Virus record (IMG/VR): IMGVR_UViG_3300032272_000001
Coordinates: 39,273 to 103,272 of that record
Length of the DNA stretch: 64,000 bases
Reading direction: 5' to 3' (one strand)
From: a virus
Taxonomy: Duplodnaviria > Heunggongvirae > Uroviricota > Caudoviricetes
The notes beneath the pieces are model-generated. The model saw nothing but the letters and a program-made list of their open reading frames with translations. It was not told the DNA's origin and made no database searches. Of this stretch, positions 1 to 9,482 are shown piece after piece; positions within the stretch are counted from its first letter, which is position 1; each line of letters starts with the position of its first letter. A program made the translations under genes and the position numbers.

Positions 1-2
1 AT

Positions 3-287
3 GTTTTTAAATATTGTGAAGATGAAATACTTGTAGAATTAAAACAATATCTTGTTTCTACATATGGTGAGCATTATGTGTCAACAGATTCTAAATTAGA
101 ATGTTTTGATGCATGGATTGCTCTTGGTGAATCTGGACCAACATTTCGAAATACTGCTATGAAATATTTATGGAGATATGGTAAGAAAAACGGAAAGAAT
201 AAAAAAGATCTTATGAAAGCTATGCAATATGTGATGATGTTGTTGTATGTTGAACATTATAAGGATGAACAAAATGAAAATCAGTGA
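3..287 (+). CDS. Conserved T4-like hypothetical protein (DUF3310-like), 5'-truncated by window
   Basis: Frame is open from nt 3 (VFKYCEDEILVELKQYLVSTYGEHY) into the tracked ORF; KYLWRYGKK..DLMKA motif. Confidence 0.6.
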   Translation, partial: VFKYCEDEILVELKQYLVSTYGEHYVSTDSKLECFDAWIALGESGPTFRNTAMKYLWRYGKKNGKNKKDLMKAMQYVMMLLYVEHYKDEQNENQ

Positions 288-621
288 ATTCATCAAAAAG
301 CTTGAAGAAGTAATGGAGCGAGACGGCGACTTGGATGTAGTATTTGAAGATCATTATGATTATGTAACAGATCCAAACGATCTTGAAAAAGCAGAAAACT
401 ACGATACTTATTGGCAGTTAAAAGAAACTGCAAAATTTGTTAATCATGTTCGACCACCAACATCAGATTACGACAGAATAAAAAAAGAATGTCACTTTGC
501 TGAACATGATAATTATGATCTCATGTTACGAGACATGAATAAAAAATATGGAAAAGATAAAACGGTTGGTGATATTTACATTTCGTACATACCCAACGGC
601 ACGTTTTATCTATCACTTTAA
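277..621 (+). CDS. Hypothetical protein
   Basis: ORF track 247..621; downstream MKISEF start likelier. Confidence 0.5.
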   Translation, partial: KISEFIKKLEEVMERDGDLDVVFEDHYDYVTDPNDLEKAENYDTYWQLKETAKFVNHVRPPTSDYDRIKKECHFAEHDNYDLMLRDMNKKYGKDKTVGDIYISYIPNGTFYLSL

Positions 622-629
622 GGAACAAA

Positions 630-1184
630 ATGAAAATTTATTTTATAGATAGAAATCAAGATATTATTAATGCATTAATGGATGAATATCAAAGTTCGCC
701 AACAACTGGTATGCCGTGGGCTTTTGATGCACAAATGCATGTTGGTGATATACTTGAAAACAATGTTGATTCATTCGTTTCTCCTGCTAATTCTATTGGT
801 AATATGGATGGTGGAATTGATCGTTATTATAGCGAAACCTTTGGTTGGGATCTTAGTGAAAGATTGAAAGAAAAAATTAATAATAGAAATTTTTATGGCG
901 AGCTGTTGGTCGGTGAAGCACTTGTGGTAGAGACAAACAATGAAAACTTTCCATTCATGATTTCTGCACCAACAATGAGAACACCAAGAATTCTTGGTGA
1001 TGCTGGATCTGAAAATGTTTTTCTTGCTACAAGAGCTGCTATGACAGCTGCATATGAATATGGTTTTAATAGTATAGCAATTCCTGGTATGGGTACTGGT
1101 GTTGGTGGTGTTCCTGTTAAAGGCGCAGCTTTTTCTATGCTGTGTGGATGTCAAGCAGCAACATTAAAATTTAATAATACATAA
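630..1184 (+). CDS. Macrodomain (ADP-ribose binding/hydrolase, T4 Tk.4-like)
   Basis: GDI..VSPANSIGNMDGGID, SAPTM, SIAIPGMGTGVGG motifs. Confidence 0.9.
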   Translation: MKIYFIDRNQDIINALMDEYQSSPTTGMPWAFDAQMHVGDILENNVDSFVSPANSIGNMDGGIDRYYSETFGWDLSERLKEKINNRNFYGELLVGEALVVETNNENFPFMISAPTMRTPRILGDAGSENVFLATRAAMTAAYEYGFNSIAIPGMGTGVGGVPVKGAAFSMLCGCQAATLKFNNT

Positions 1185-1221
1185 AAATTGTTTGAATATA
1201 AAATAATGGAGACTAAAATAT

Positions 1222-3318
1222 ATGGGCTTTGAACTTAATGTTAATATTGAAGAATTAGCGAAATCAAGAAAATTATTTATTGCTACTCCTATGTACGGTG
1301 GAATGAATGCAGGAATGTATACTAGATCGATGATTGAATTGGTCAATATGCTTACAAGAATGGGTATTCCTCATGTTCCGTATTTTTTGTTTAATGAAAG
1401 TTTGATCACAAGAGCTAGAAATTACTGCTGTGACGTTTTCATGAGATCAGATTGTACACATATGATTTTTATTGATAGTGATATTGGTTTCAATCCAAAT
1501 GATGTGATTGCATTGCTTGCTATGCAAGATGATGATAGTGAATATGATATTATTGGTGGTCCTTATCCTAAGAAATGTATCTCTTGGGAAAAAATTAAGA
1601 CTGCCGTTGATAAAGGGTTTGCTGATGAAGATCCAAATCAATTAGAAAATTTTGTTGGTGATTTTGTTTTTAATCCAAAATCTGGCTCGGAAAGAATTGC
1701 TATTGGTGAACCAGCTGAAGTTTTAGAAATTGGTACTGGTTTCATGATGGTGCGAAGAAAAACACTTGAAATCATGAACGAAAAAATGCCACATTTGCTG
1801 TATAGACCAGATCATATTCGTACAGCCGATTTTGATGGGTCTCGGGAAATCATGATGTATTTCCAAGCAGAAATAGATTCTCCTACTGCTGATCAGCAAC
1901 TAATGCCTTTGATGAAACAAATTGCAGAAGGATCTGTTGATGATCCAGAACAAGAAATGCAAGAGGCTTTAGTAGCATATGAAGATATGAGAAATAAATC
2001 TTCTAAACGATATTTGTCCGAAGATTATTGGTTTTGCGCTCATAGCCAAACACAAATAGAAACGCCAGAAGGAACACGAACAATAAAAAATATTGTTGAT
2101 ACAAAATATTCTGGACCAGTATTATCAGTTGATGCTGATGGAAATTGTGTTTGGAGAAATGTTATTAATTGGTGGTCGAAACCAAACGGAAAAAGAGGTA
2201 GGCCAGAAACCAAAAAAACATGGGTAACTTTTGATACTGATTGTGATAATAACACAAAAAGTAAACCAAAAGTAACATCAGATCATAGAGTATCATATTT
2301 TGATGATTTGTTTAATCCGCAAATCAAATATATTGAAGCGAAAAATATGACTAATAAATTTTCTATTCGTAAACCACAACGAACCGAAAATCCTTTGTAT
2401 TCTACAGATCAAATTTCTATGTTGGTTGGTACTCTTCTTGGGGATTCTTCTATAGGAAAACAAGGGCAACTTACATGCCAACATTCTGATACACAAAAAG
2501 ATTATATTGAATTAAAAGCCAAGATTTTTGGTGGTAAATTTAGTGGTCCTGTAAAACAGAATGGATTTGGTGAAGGTAAATTCAAATATGTTATGCACGC
2601 TCCCATTAACGCACATACACGAAAATTCCGTGAATTGATGTATCGTGATGGTATTAAGCGCATTGACAAAATTATTGATATGATTGATGAGAAATCTTTA
2701 GCTTTTTGGTATATGGATGATGGTTGTTTACATCCTGACGGCGCTGTATATCTTGCAACTAATGGATTTACATTTGAAGAAAATGATCTTATCAAACAAA
2801 AAATGAAAGAACGTTTTGATCTTGATGTGTCTGTTGATACTAAACGGGTTAAATATGATGGGGTTGTTCGTGAGTATCCATCACTTCGTATGAAGAACAA
2901 ATCATCTAAAAAGTTTTTTGATTTGATTGCTCGTTATATTCCATCATTTATGAAATATAAATTACCAACAACACACCACAATCTCAATGATGTGTTTGAT
3001 TATAGTTCGGTAAAATTTCTTGATTTTGCTGCTTCTTATGTGAATAAGGTTCGTGAATTACCAAAACTTTCTAGTAGATTATATGATATTGAAGTGGAAG
3101 ATACACACAATTTCTTTGCATCTGGAACTTTAGTTCATAACTGTCAGAAGGTCCAGGAAATTGGTCTTAAGACGTGGCTATGCCCATGGATGAAAATGAA
3201 CCATGTAGGAACTTATGTGTTTGGTGGGTCTCTTGCTGATTTGGCAAATTTGGGTGTTTCCGCTACGGCCTGTGCTGAAACTATTAAGGCAAATAGAGAA
3301 AAGGCAAAGAAAGTATAA
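1222..3318 (+). CDS. GT-A fold glycosyltransferase-like protein interrupted by an intein
   Basis: IATPMYGG, NESLITRARN, FIDSDI (DxD), GGPYPKK, GTGFMMVRR, SEDYWF|CQK..G..TWLCPWMKMNHVG. Confidence 0.8.
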   Translation: MGFELNVNIEELAKSRKLFIATPMYGGMNAGMYTRSMIELVNMLTRMGIPHVPYFLFNESLITRARNYCCDVFMRSDCTHMIFIDSDIGFNPNDVIALLAMQDDDSEYDIIGGPYPKKCISWEKIKTAVDKGFADEDPNQLENFVGDFVFNPKSGSERIAIGEPAEVLEIGTGFMMVRRKTLEIMNEKMPHLLYRPDHIRTADFDGSREIMMYFQAEIDSPTADQQLMPLMKQIAEGSVDDPEQEMQEALVAYEDMRNKSSKRYLSEDYWFCAHSQTQIETPEGTRTIKNIVDTKYSGPVLSVDADGNCVWRNVINWWSKPNGKRGRPETKKTWVTFDTDCDNNTKSKPKVTSDHRVSYFDDLFNPQIKYIEAKNMTNKFSIRKPQRTENPLYSTDQISMLVGTLLGDSSIGKQGQLTCQHSDTQKDYIELKAKIFGGKFSGPVKQNGFGEGKFKYVMHAPINAHTRKFRELMYRDGIKRIDKIIDMIDEKSLAFWYMDDGCLHPDGAVYLATNGFTFEENDLIKQKMKERFDLDVSVDTKRVKYDGVVREYPSLRMKNKSSKKFFDLIARYIPSFMKYKLPTTHHNLNDVFDYSSVKFLDFAASYVNKVRELPKLSSRLYDIEVEDTHNFFASGTLVHNCQKVQEIGLKTWLCPWMKMNHVGTYVFGGSLADLANLGVSATACAETIKANREKAKKV
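2035..3141 (+). mobile_element. Intein (369 aa) with LAGLIDADG homing endonuclease
   Basis: Starts C (CAHSQTQIET), block B TSDHR, LAGLIDADG blocks VGTLLGDSSI and LAFWYMDDG, block F LYDIEVEDTHNFFA, ends VHN followed by Cys+1. Confidence 0.93.
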
Positions 3319-3419
3319 TCTATGAGCAGACTAAGTGAATTAGTTGAGCTGTAAGTGTAGTGTCGCTATAGAAGAAGCACATCTTATTTTGAACAAAATA
3401 TCAATATGAAAGTTATTAA

Positions 3420-4088
3420 ATGATTATATCAAAAGAAACAATAGCAGTATTACAAAATTTTCAGACTATTAATCCGTCTATTATTTTACGCGAAGGTAAC
3501 GTAATTGCAACACAAACCCCTAGCGATACAATTCATGCTAGGGCAACAATTGAGGATGAATTTCCAAGAACAATTCCAATTTATGATCTGAATAAATTTC
3601 TTGGTATTCTTGCACTAACAAAAGAAGATAGTGATATCGAATTTAGTGAACGGTATATGACTATCACTCAAGGAAAATCGACTGTTAGATACGCATATAC
3701 TTCTGAAAGCCAAATCGTATCACCACCAATCGATAAAACTATAAATATTAGTAATCCTGATGTTACATTCGAACTAACACAAGAAGTGTGGTCAAGACTT
3801 TCTAACGCAATGCGTGTTATGGGATTTTCTGAATTTGCCTTTGTTGGTGAGGATGGAATACTTAGTATCCAAGCTCTTAGCACTAAAAACGATTCATCTG
3901 ATACGTATTCAACAGATATTGGCGAAACAGATAAAACATTTTCTTGTGTAATAGAAGCAACAAATATGAGAATTATCCCTGGTAATTATTCTGTATCTGT
4001 GCTAAGTAAAGGATTATCACATTTTAAAGGAGATATCGCAGAATATTGGATTGGTATTTCCACAAGATCAACATTTGGAGAAGAATAA
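3420..4088 (+). CDS. 45: Sliding clamp (T4 gp45-like)
   Basis: MIISKETIAVLQNFQTINPSI, IYDLNKFLG, NMRIIPGNYSV. Confidence 0.93.
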   Translation: MIISKETIAVLQNFQTINPSIILREGNVIATQTPSDTIHARATIEDEFPRTIPIYDLNKFLGILALTKEDSDIEFSERYMTITQGKSTVRYAYTSESQIVSPPIDKTINISNPDVTFELTQEVWSRLSNAMRVMGFSEFAFVGEDGILSIQALSTKNDSSDTYSTDIGETDKTFSCVIEATNMRIIPGNYSVSVLSKGLSHFKGDIAEYWIGISTRSTFGEE

Positions 4089-4511
4089 ATGAATAGTTTT
4101 TATGTAACAAATGAAATTAATGCTGTTGACTATAAAATTGCTGCTGAATCGAATAATTATTATCATTATAAGGAATATGCAAAATCATACAATAAAATGA
4201 AGGATTCGATTAATTATTGGTATAATGCATATCTTACAGCGCAAAATAAATTGATAGAAGCTGAAAGAAAAATCGAAGAATTAGAAAAACAAATAGATTC
4301 AAAAGAAGAAACTTTTATTGTGGATGGTGCTGAATATACAGTAACAAGAATTGTTTGTAATGGTAATTCTTACAATTTGATTAAAGGACCAAATTTAGAA
4401 ATGATGACAACATCATTGGTTGACGAACATATTATAAGAAAGTATACTGCTTATACTGCTAAGTCTACAGATGAAATAGGTGTTGCTCTAGAGAAAATGA
4501 AAGAATTTTAA
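4089..4511 (+). CDS. Hypothetical protein (coiled coil)
   Basis: ORF track, abuts neighbours. Confidence 0.55.
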   Translation: MNSFYVTNEINAVDYKIAAESNNYYHYKEYAKSYNKMKDSINYWYNAYLTAQNKLIEAERKIEELEKQIDSKEETFIVDGAEYTVTRIVCNGNSYNLIKGPNLEMMTTSLVDEHIIRKYTAYTAKSTDEIGVALEKMKEF

Positions 4512-4513
4512 TT

Positions 4514-4966
4514 ATGGATACTATTATTTTTGATTTTGATGGTACGCTTTGTGATATTTCTCATCGCCTGCATCATATTAAAGGACCACAAAAGAATTGG
4601 GATGCGTTTTATGCTGATTGTGATAAAGATGTTCCGAAACCACATATTATTGCGATGTTGAATGCTTCCTTAGAACAAGGTTATAATGTTGAGATTTGGA
4701 CAGGAAGAACTGAAGCTGTTTTAGAAAAATCACATAAATGGTTATATAAAAATGGTGTTCCTGGATTTCGAAAAGAAAGCTTATGTATGCGCCCTCCTGG
4801 AAATTATACGCCAGACCATATTCTTAAAAAAGAATGGTTGGATGAATTTATGAGTTATAATGCATATGCTCCATTATGTGTGTTTGAAGATAGACAACGT
4901 GTTATCGATATGTGGAAAGACAATAATGTTTTGTGTTTTCCAGTAGATCCATGGAAAGAGGAATAA
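4514..4966 (+). CDS. HAD phosphatase resembling the 3'-phosphatase domain of PseT/Pnkp
   Basis: DFDGTL, IWTGR, LCMRP, VFEDR motifs. Confidence 0.85.
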   Translation: MDTIIFDFDGTLCDISHRLHHIKGPQKNWDAFYADCDKDVPKPHIIAMLNASLEQGYNVEIWTGRTEAVLEKSHKWLYKNGVPGFRKESLCMRPPGNYTPDHILKKEWLDEFMSYNAYAPLCVFEDRQRVIDMWKDNNVLCFPVDPWKEE

Positions 4967-4970
4967 AGTT

Positions 4971-5783
4971 ATGAAAGAAGAATATAATAAAATTGTCCTA
5001 GATTATCTATCAGAGAAAATTATTTTTAATAATATATATGGGTTCTTGGGCGGAAAAGGTTTTAAAGTAGTTTTCGAATCTATGTCAATAGAAGAAAAAA
5101 TGTTTCTTTTATGTTCTATTAGCTCAGGTGATAATGATAATTTTTGGAAAAAACTTGGATACGATACTTCTAGTAAAGAATATCACGATATTATTCAACA
5201 TGAATGCGATATCATCAATATCTCTGGGCGATCAAATTTATGGGACCATATTAATGCATTGATAGAATATTATGATTCTATGAATTTGATCGGGCGATCC
5301 AATCAGAGCACAATCAAGGAATATCAGTTAAAATATGATCTATTATTTGATAGAAGAGAAATTTTCTTTCTTAATAGACATTTAAGTATTCATAAATCCA
5401 AAACAGAAGAAAATCACAACATACAACCTACACCTATGTGTATTATTGATTTTTATGGGTTTATTTCGGATCATATTCATCATAATATATTGCGCTACAC
5501 TATTAAAAATCACTGTAGTGAAAATGCAATCGCAGCCACCAACCAGGAAATTCCTACTATTATCGATGATATCGAAGAAGGAAATATTGAAGAAGCACTG
5601 AATGGTATTGTTCAAGAATTTGAACTCGCCCTGAAAGAAGTTGAAGATTGGTGTGCAGAAAACGATGGAATGAAATCAGCTCAAGATGAGTTTACTGCTT
5701 ATACTGGACAAGGTTTTTATGATGTTGGTGATTTAGATCAAGACCTTTTTACTGCGATTAATGCTGTTAAAACAATTAACTGA
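4971..5783 (+). CDS. Hypothetical protein, tandem paralog 1
   Basis: Starts MKEEYNKIVLDYL, ends FTAINAVKTIN. Confidence 0.7.
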   Translation: MKEEYNKIVLDYLSEKIIFNNIYGFLGGKGFKVVFESMSIEEKMFLLCSISSGDNDNFWKKLGYDTSSKEYHDIIQHECDIINISGRSNLWDHINALIEYYDSMNLIGRSNQSTIKEYQLKYDLLFDRREIFFLNRHLSIHKSKTEENHNIQPTPMCIIDFYGFISDHIHHNILRYTIKNHCSENAIAATNQEIPTIIDDIEEGNIEEALNGIVQEFELALKEVEDWCAENDGMKSAQDEFTAYTGQGFYDVGDLDQDLFTAINAVKTIN

Positions 5784-5794
5784 TAGGAAATGTT

Positions 5795-6646
5795 ATGAAA
5801 GAAGAATATAAAGAAATTGTATTGAAATATCTAGAACGACAAATGTTGTGGACATCAAGACATGTGTGCGTAAATACGTCTAATTTTGATCAAGTATTTT
5901 CGTTACTTGATCTAGAAGAACAAATGTTTCTTCTATGTTCTATTTCTTGGCAAGAACATGAGAATTTTTGGAAAATTCTTAGTATAGATATTAGACATAA
6001 AAATTTTGATGAAGTAATTAGAAATCATTGTCAAGAAATTAGAAGCAGTATTGACATCTGTGATCATAAAGACTCATTACTAGAATTCTCTTATAATCGG
6101 CATGGAAAATATAGCAATAAAAACGTCATTGAATTTTATGTTTGTGATAATGATATGAATATTGGTAGACAAGAAAAATTTCGTTTAAATGCTATATTGA
6201 GTGATCATAGATACGATGAATCAGCAGTATTCTCTAAACCTACATGTTCTGATATTATAGATTTTTATGGTTTTATTTATGATAAAATTGATTATGATAT
6301 GTTGAATTCCGTAATAGATGAATATTATATGAATCAAAAAAATGATAATTCTGTTGCTACGCAAAATCTTAGTGCTGATCTATTACGAATAGATCAACTC
6401 GAAAAAGAACTGGATAACGTTATTCAAGAAAAAGAATCTATTGAAAAACAATTAGATTCCTTTGCGTTAATGTATAAAGAATTAGTTGCAGGGATGTCGG
6501 TAAATCGCCGACTAGTTGCAGAAAGCAGTAAAGAAACTTTGAATAGCGATGTTGTTTATTATGATGAAGCACCAACTGGTGGTCCATGTGGTGCGGGTTC
6601 TTTAGACGTTTTTACTGCAATTAATGCTATTAAACCAACCAATTGA
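5795..6646 (+). CDS. Hypothetical protein, tandem paralog 2
   Basis: Starts MKEEYKEIVLKYL, shares EEQMFLLCSIS and IIDFYGFI, ends FTAINAIKPTN. Confidence 0.7.
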   Translation: MKEEYKEIVLKYLERQMLWTSRHVCVNTSNFDQVFSLLDLEEQMFLLCSISWQEHENFWKILSIDIRHKNFDEVIRNHCQEIRSSIDICDHKDSLLEFSYNRHGKYSNKNVIEFYVCDNDMNIGRQEKFRLNAILSDHRYDESAVFSKPTCSDIIDFYGFIYDKIDYDMLNSVIDEYYMNQKNDNSVATQNLSADLLRIDQLEKELDNVIQEKESIEKQLDSFALMYKELVAGMSVNRRLVAESSKETLNSDVVYYDEAPTGGPCGAGSLDVFTAINAIKPTN

Positions 6647-6657
6647 TAGGAAATACT

Positions 6658-7386
6658 ATGAAAGAAGAATATAAAGAAATTATTTTGGATTGCCTTAAGA
6701 AAAAACTTAATGATTCTTTTGGTGATTGCGATAAATATGAAACATCGATTTATTATATGCATGATACTCTTTCGATCGGAGAACAAATGTTTCTTATGAC
6801 GGAAGTTGATTATTATGATAATGTAAAATTTTGGTCTGATGTCCGTGGGAATGAGTATTGTGATTATGATGATTATTCAGTTAGATTAGAATTGACTAAA
6901 CATTTAGATAATTATACAGATGCGTGTGATTATGCTAATGATCTTTCATATCATATTAAACATAATGACCTAATAAAATGTTCATCTAATTATATTATTA
7001 GTAGTTTTTTGGCAACAAAAACAGATGAATATATACCATTACATGTGCAATTGCGTCTTCTTCAGTATGTGAATTGTGAATTGGATGGTTATAATGAAAT
7101 GAGATATGAAAATTCTCCATTGTGGTTTATTTTATCTGATATGACAGGAATTTATTTCAACAATGAAATGATTAATTATATAAATGAAAAATATGATGTT
7201 AATTCAAATATTACATCCTCTGAAGAAGACGTTACTGATTTAACTTTTATTAGTGGTATTAGCTTTGATTTTTCCAAATTAAGACCATCTGGTCCTTCGT
7301 TAAGAGATAATTCGAATTCAGATGATCTAGAACTAGTTTCTGATGATCTTGAATCGTCTATGAATTCATTTAAAGGGATTTGTTAG
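6658..7386 (+). CDS. Hypothetical protein, tandem paralog 3
   Basis: Starts MKEEYKEIILDCL after SD; GEQMFLM motif. Confidence 0.65.
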   Translation: MKEEYKEIILDCLKKKLNDSFGDCDKYETSIYYMHDTLSIGEQMFLMTEVDYYDNVKFWSDVRGNEYCDYDDYSVRLELTKHLDNYTDACDYANDLSYHIKHNDLIKCSSNYIISSFLATKTDEYIPLHVQLRLLQYVNCELDGYNEMRYENSPLWFILSDMTGIYFNNEMINYINEKYDVNSNITSSEEDVTDLTFISGISFDFSKLRPSGPSLRDNSNSDDLELVSDDLESSMNSFKGIC

Positions 7387-7712
7387 TGAAATATATCAAA
7401 AAACCTATTGTGGTTGAAGCTCATCCATGGTATGTTAATGGTGATCATCCAAATGATGGTAATCCATTCACAGAAGGTGATGTTGTTCGTTATTTCAGAC
7501 ATCCAGACATAGCCGGAAGTAGGCTATGTCAAAAATGTGAATTTAGTATGCATCACCATGGATGGATTGACAATAACACAGAAGATGGATATACTGTATG
7601 TCCTGGTGATTATATTGTGATGAAACAAGATGATTCATATGAAGTATATTCACAAAAGAATTTTCACAATCAATTCGAAAAATATGAGAAAGAAAATGAA
7701 ACAATATCATAA
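7380..7712 (+). CDS. Hypothetical phage protein (PGDY motif)
   Basis: YIKKPIVVEA...VCPGDYIV. Confidence 0.6.
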   Translation: MLVKYIKKPIVVEAHPWYVNGDHPNDGNPFTEGDVVRYFRHPDIAGSRLCQKCEFSMHHHGWIDNNTEDGYTVCPGDYIVMKQDDSYEVYSQKNFHNQFEKYEKENETIS

Positions 7713-8331
7713 AATTATTAACGTTTGGAATCGTGATCCAAACGATAAACACAGAACTCTTATTGAAAATTCGTGGGCAACTGAAGATTTTGCATATCTT
7801 GCTAATAATGAATGGACATGCACAGAAAAGGTAGATGGAACCAATATTAGAGTAATTATTGATAATGACGGTTCTGTTGAATTTCGTGGTAAAACCGATA
7901 ATGCACAAATTCCTCCGATGTTAGTGAAAGCATTAGAAGAAAAATTTCCAAAAGAAATTACCGAAAAAATTCGAGATACTTTTGGATTTGGTGTTACTCT
8001 TTATGGTGAAGGATATGGGGCAAAAATTCAGAAAGGTGGTGGAAACTATCGTTCTGATCAAGGATTTGTTTTGTTTGATATTAATGTTGATGGTATTTGG
8101 TTGCGCCGCCACGCCATTCTTGATATTGCTCATTCATTTAATATTGGTTTTGTTCCAATTATAAAAAGTTGTACTCTTCATGAAGCAATTGAAATTGCTC
8201 GTAAAGGATTTGATTCGCGGTGGGGTGATTTTCCAGCAGAAGGTTTGATTTGTAAACCTTCTGTTGAGATGAATAATCGTCTTGGACAGCGAATTATCAC
8301 AAAAATCAAAACAAAGGATTTTAAATGTTAA
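7696..8331 (+). CDS. RNA ligase (Rnl2-like nucleotidyltransferase)
   Basis: Motif I TEKVDGTN, LYGEGYG, FVLFDI, AEGLICKP, IITKIK. Confidence 0.85.
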   Translation: MKQYHKIINVWNRDPNDKHRTLIENSWATEDFAYLANNEWTCTEKVDGTNIRVIIDNDGSVEFRGKTDNAQIPPMLVKALEEKFPKEITEKIRDTFGFGVTLYGEGYGAKIQKGGGNYRSDQGFVLFDINVDGIWLRRHAILDIAHSFNIGFVPIIKSCTLHEAIEIARKGFDSRWGDFPAEGLICKPSVEMNNRLGQRIITKIKTKDFKC

Positions 8332-8603
8332 TTGCCATAGATTATGACGACACATTTACAAGAGATCCTGATGGTTGGTTAGAATTTATGATCATGATGA
8401 AACTGCGTGGACATAAATTTGTTGGATGTACCATGCGTTATGAAAAAGAAATGTTTGATGTACATCAAACATACAAAGATACATGTGATTTTGTGGTTCC
8501 AACAGGACGGAAAGCTAAACGTCGATTTTTAGCAAATATGGATATTCATCCACATGTGTGGATAGATGATATACCAGATTTTATTGTGATGGATGCGAAA
8601 TAA
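8325..8603 (+). CDS. Small HAD-like protein
   Basis: IAIDYDDTF ... VWIDD. Confidence 0.65.
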   Translation: MLIAIDYDDTFTRDPDGWLEFMIMMKLRGHKFVGCTMRYEKEMFDVHQTYKDTCDFVVPTGRKAKRRFLANMDIHPHVWIDDIPDFIVMDAK

Positions 8604-8950
8604 TGACCAAAAAAATCATACGAGAAACGATGAATCTAGAAAGCTTTTTTGAAAGTCCTGAAGCTAAAGAAAACGGTGTTCTTTTTGATGATATCATCAA
8701 TGATATCATTGATGATTTTGAGCATAATTTGTCTTTACGAATAATTGAAGATGATTCTTATGGTGTTTGTTCATACTATATCATGTATAATCGCCTAGAA
8801 ACAGATCATGAATATGCATTTCGCCTAAAGCGCGAAAAGAAGAATGATGAAAAGGCTAAAGAACTTACTGCATTTTTTGAATCCGAACAAAAAAAGAATG
8901 AGTATAATGAATATTTAAGATTGAAAAAAATATATGGAAACGATAGCTAA
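8603..8950 (+). CDS. Hypothetical protein
   Basis: ORF track, overlapping stop/start. Confidence 0.55.
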   Translation: MTKKIIRETMNLESFFESPEAKENGVLFDDIINDIIDDFEHNLSLRIIEDDSYGVCSYYIMYNRLETDHEYAFRLKREKKNDEKAKELTAFFESEQKKNEYNEYLRLKKIYGNDS

Positions 8951-9482
8951 ATTCATCAAAGAAAATTGTGTTTATGTTCCAGAAGAACCTATGTTTGGTA
9001 AAGCTCCTGGTACTAGATATAAATCACAATTTTATCTTTCTCCATTGACAACAAATGGTGCTATGATGAATTATGTATTATTGGCTTTCAATAACCTTTT
9101 GGAAGAGCATGACATAGACTTGAATACTATTCAATTTGCCGGTCAAGTGTGGTCTGCTCTTCCAATTCTTGGATGTTTATCAATGAGATATCCAGAAATA
9201 AATACATTCATTGTTCGTCAAGAACGAAAGAATTATGGCAAGAATAACATATTTGAAGGTGTTCCTGATAGAACAAAAAAAACCATTCTTGTTGATGATT
9301 TGTGTAATTCAACAAATTCTTTTGTTAGATGTAAAAGTATATTAGAAAATCATGGCATTCCTGTACATGATAACCTTCTTTGTATTTTGAATAAAAAAAA
9401 TTATAATGATGTTGATTTTATGTGGGATAAGTATTCTATGCAAAAATCTATGCATATTGTATCAAGAGATGCTGTTATATGA
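8934..9482 (+). CDS. Type I phosphoribosyltransferase (PyrE-like fold)
   Basis: IVRQERKNYG, PRPP-binding ILVDDLCNSTNS. Confidence 0.75.
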   Translation: METIAKFIKENCVYVPEEPMFGKAPGTRYKSQFYLSPLTTNGAMMNYVLLAFNNLLEEHDIDLNTIQFAGQVWSALPILGCLSMRYPEINTFIVRQERKNYGKNNIFEGVPDRTKKTILVDDLCNSTNSFVRCKSILENHGIPVHDNLLCILNKKNYNDVDFMWDKYSMQKSMHIVSRDAVI

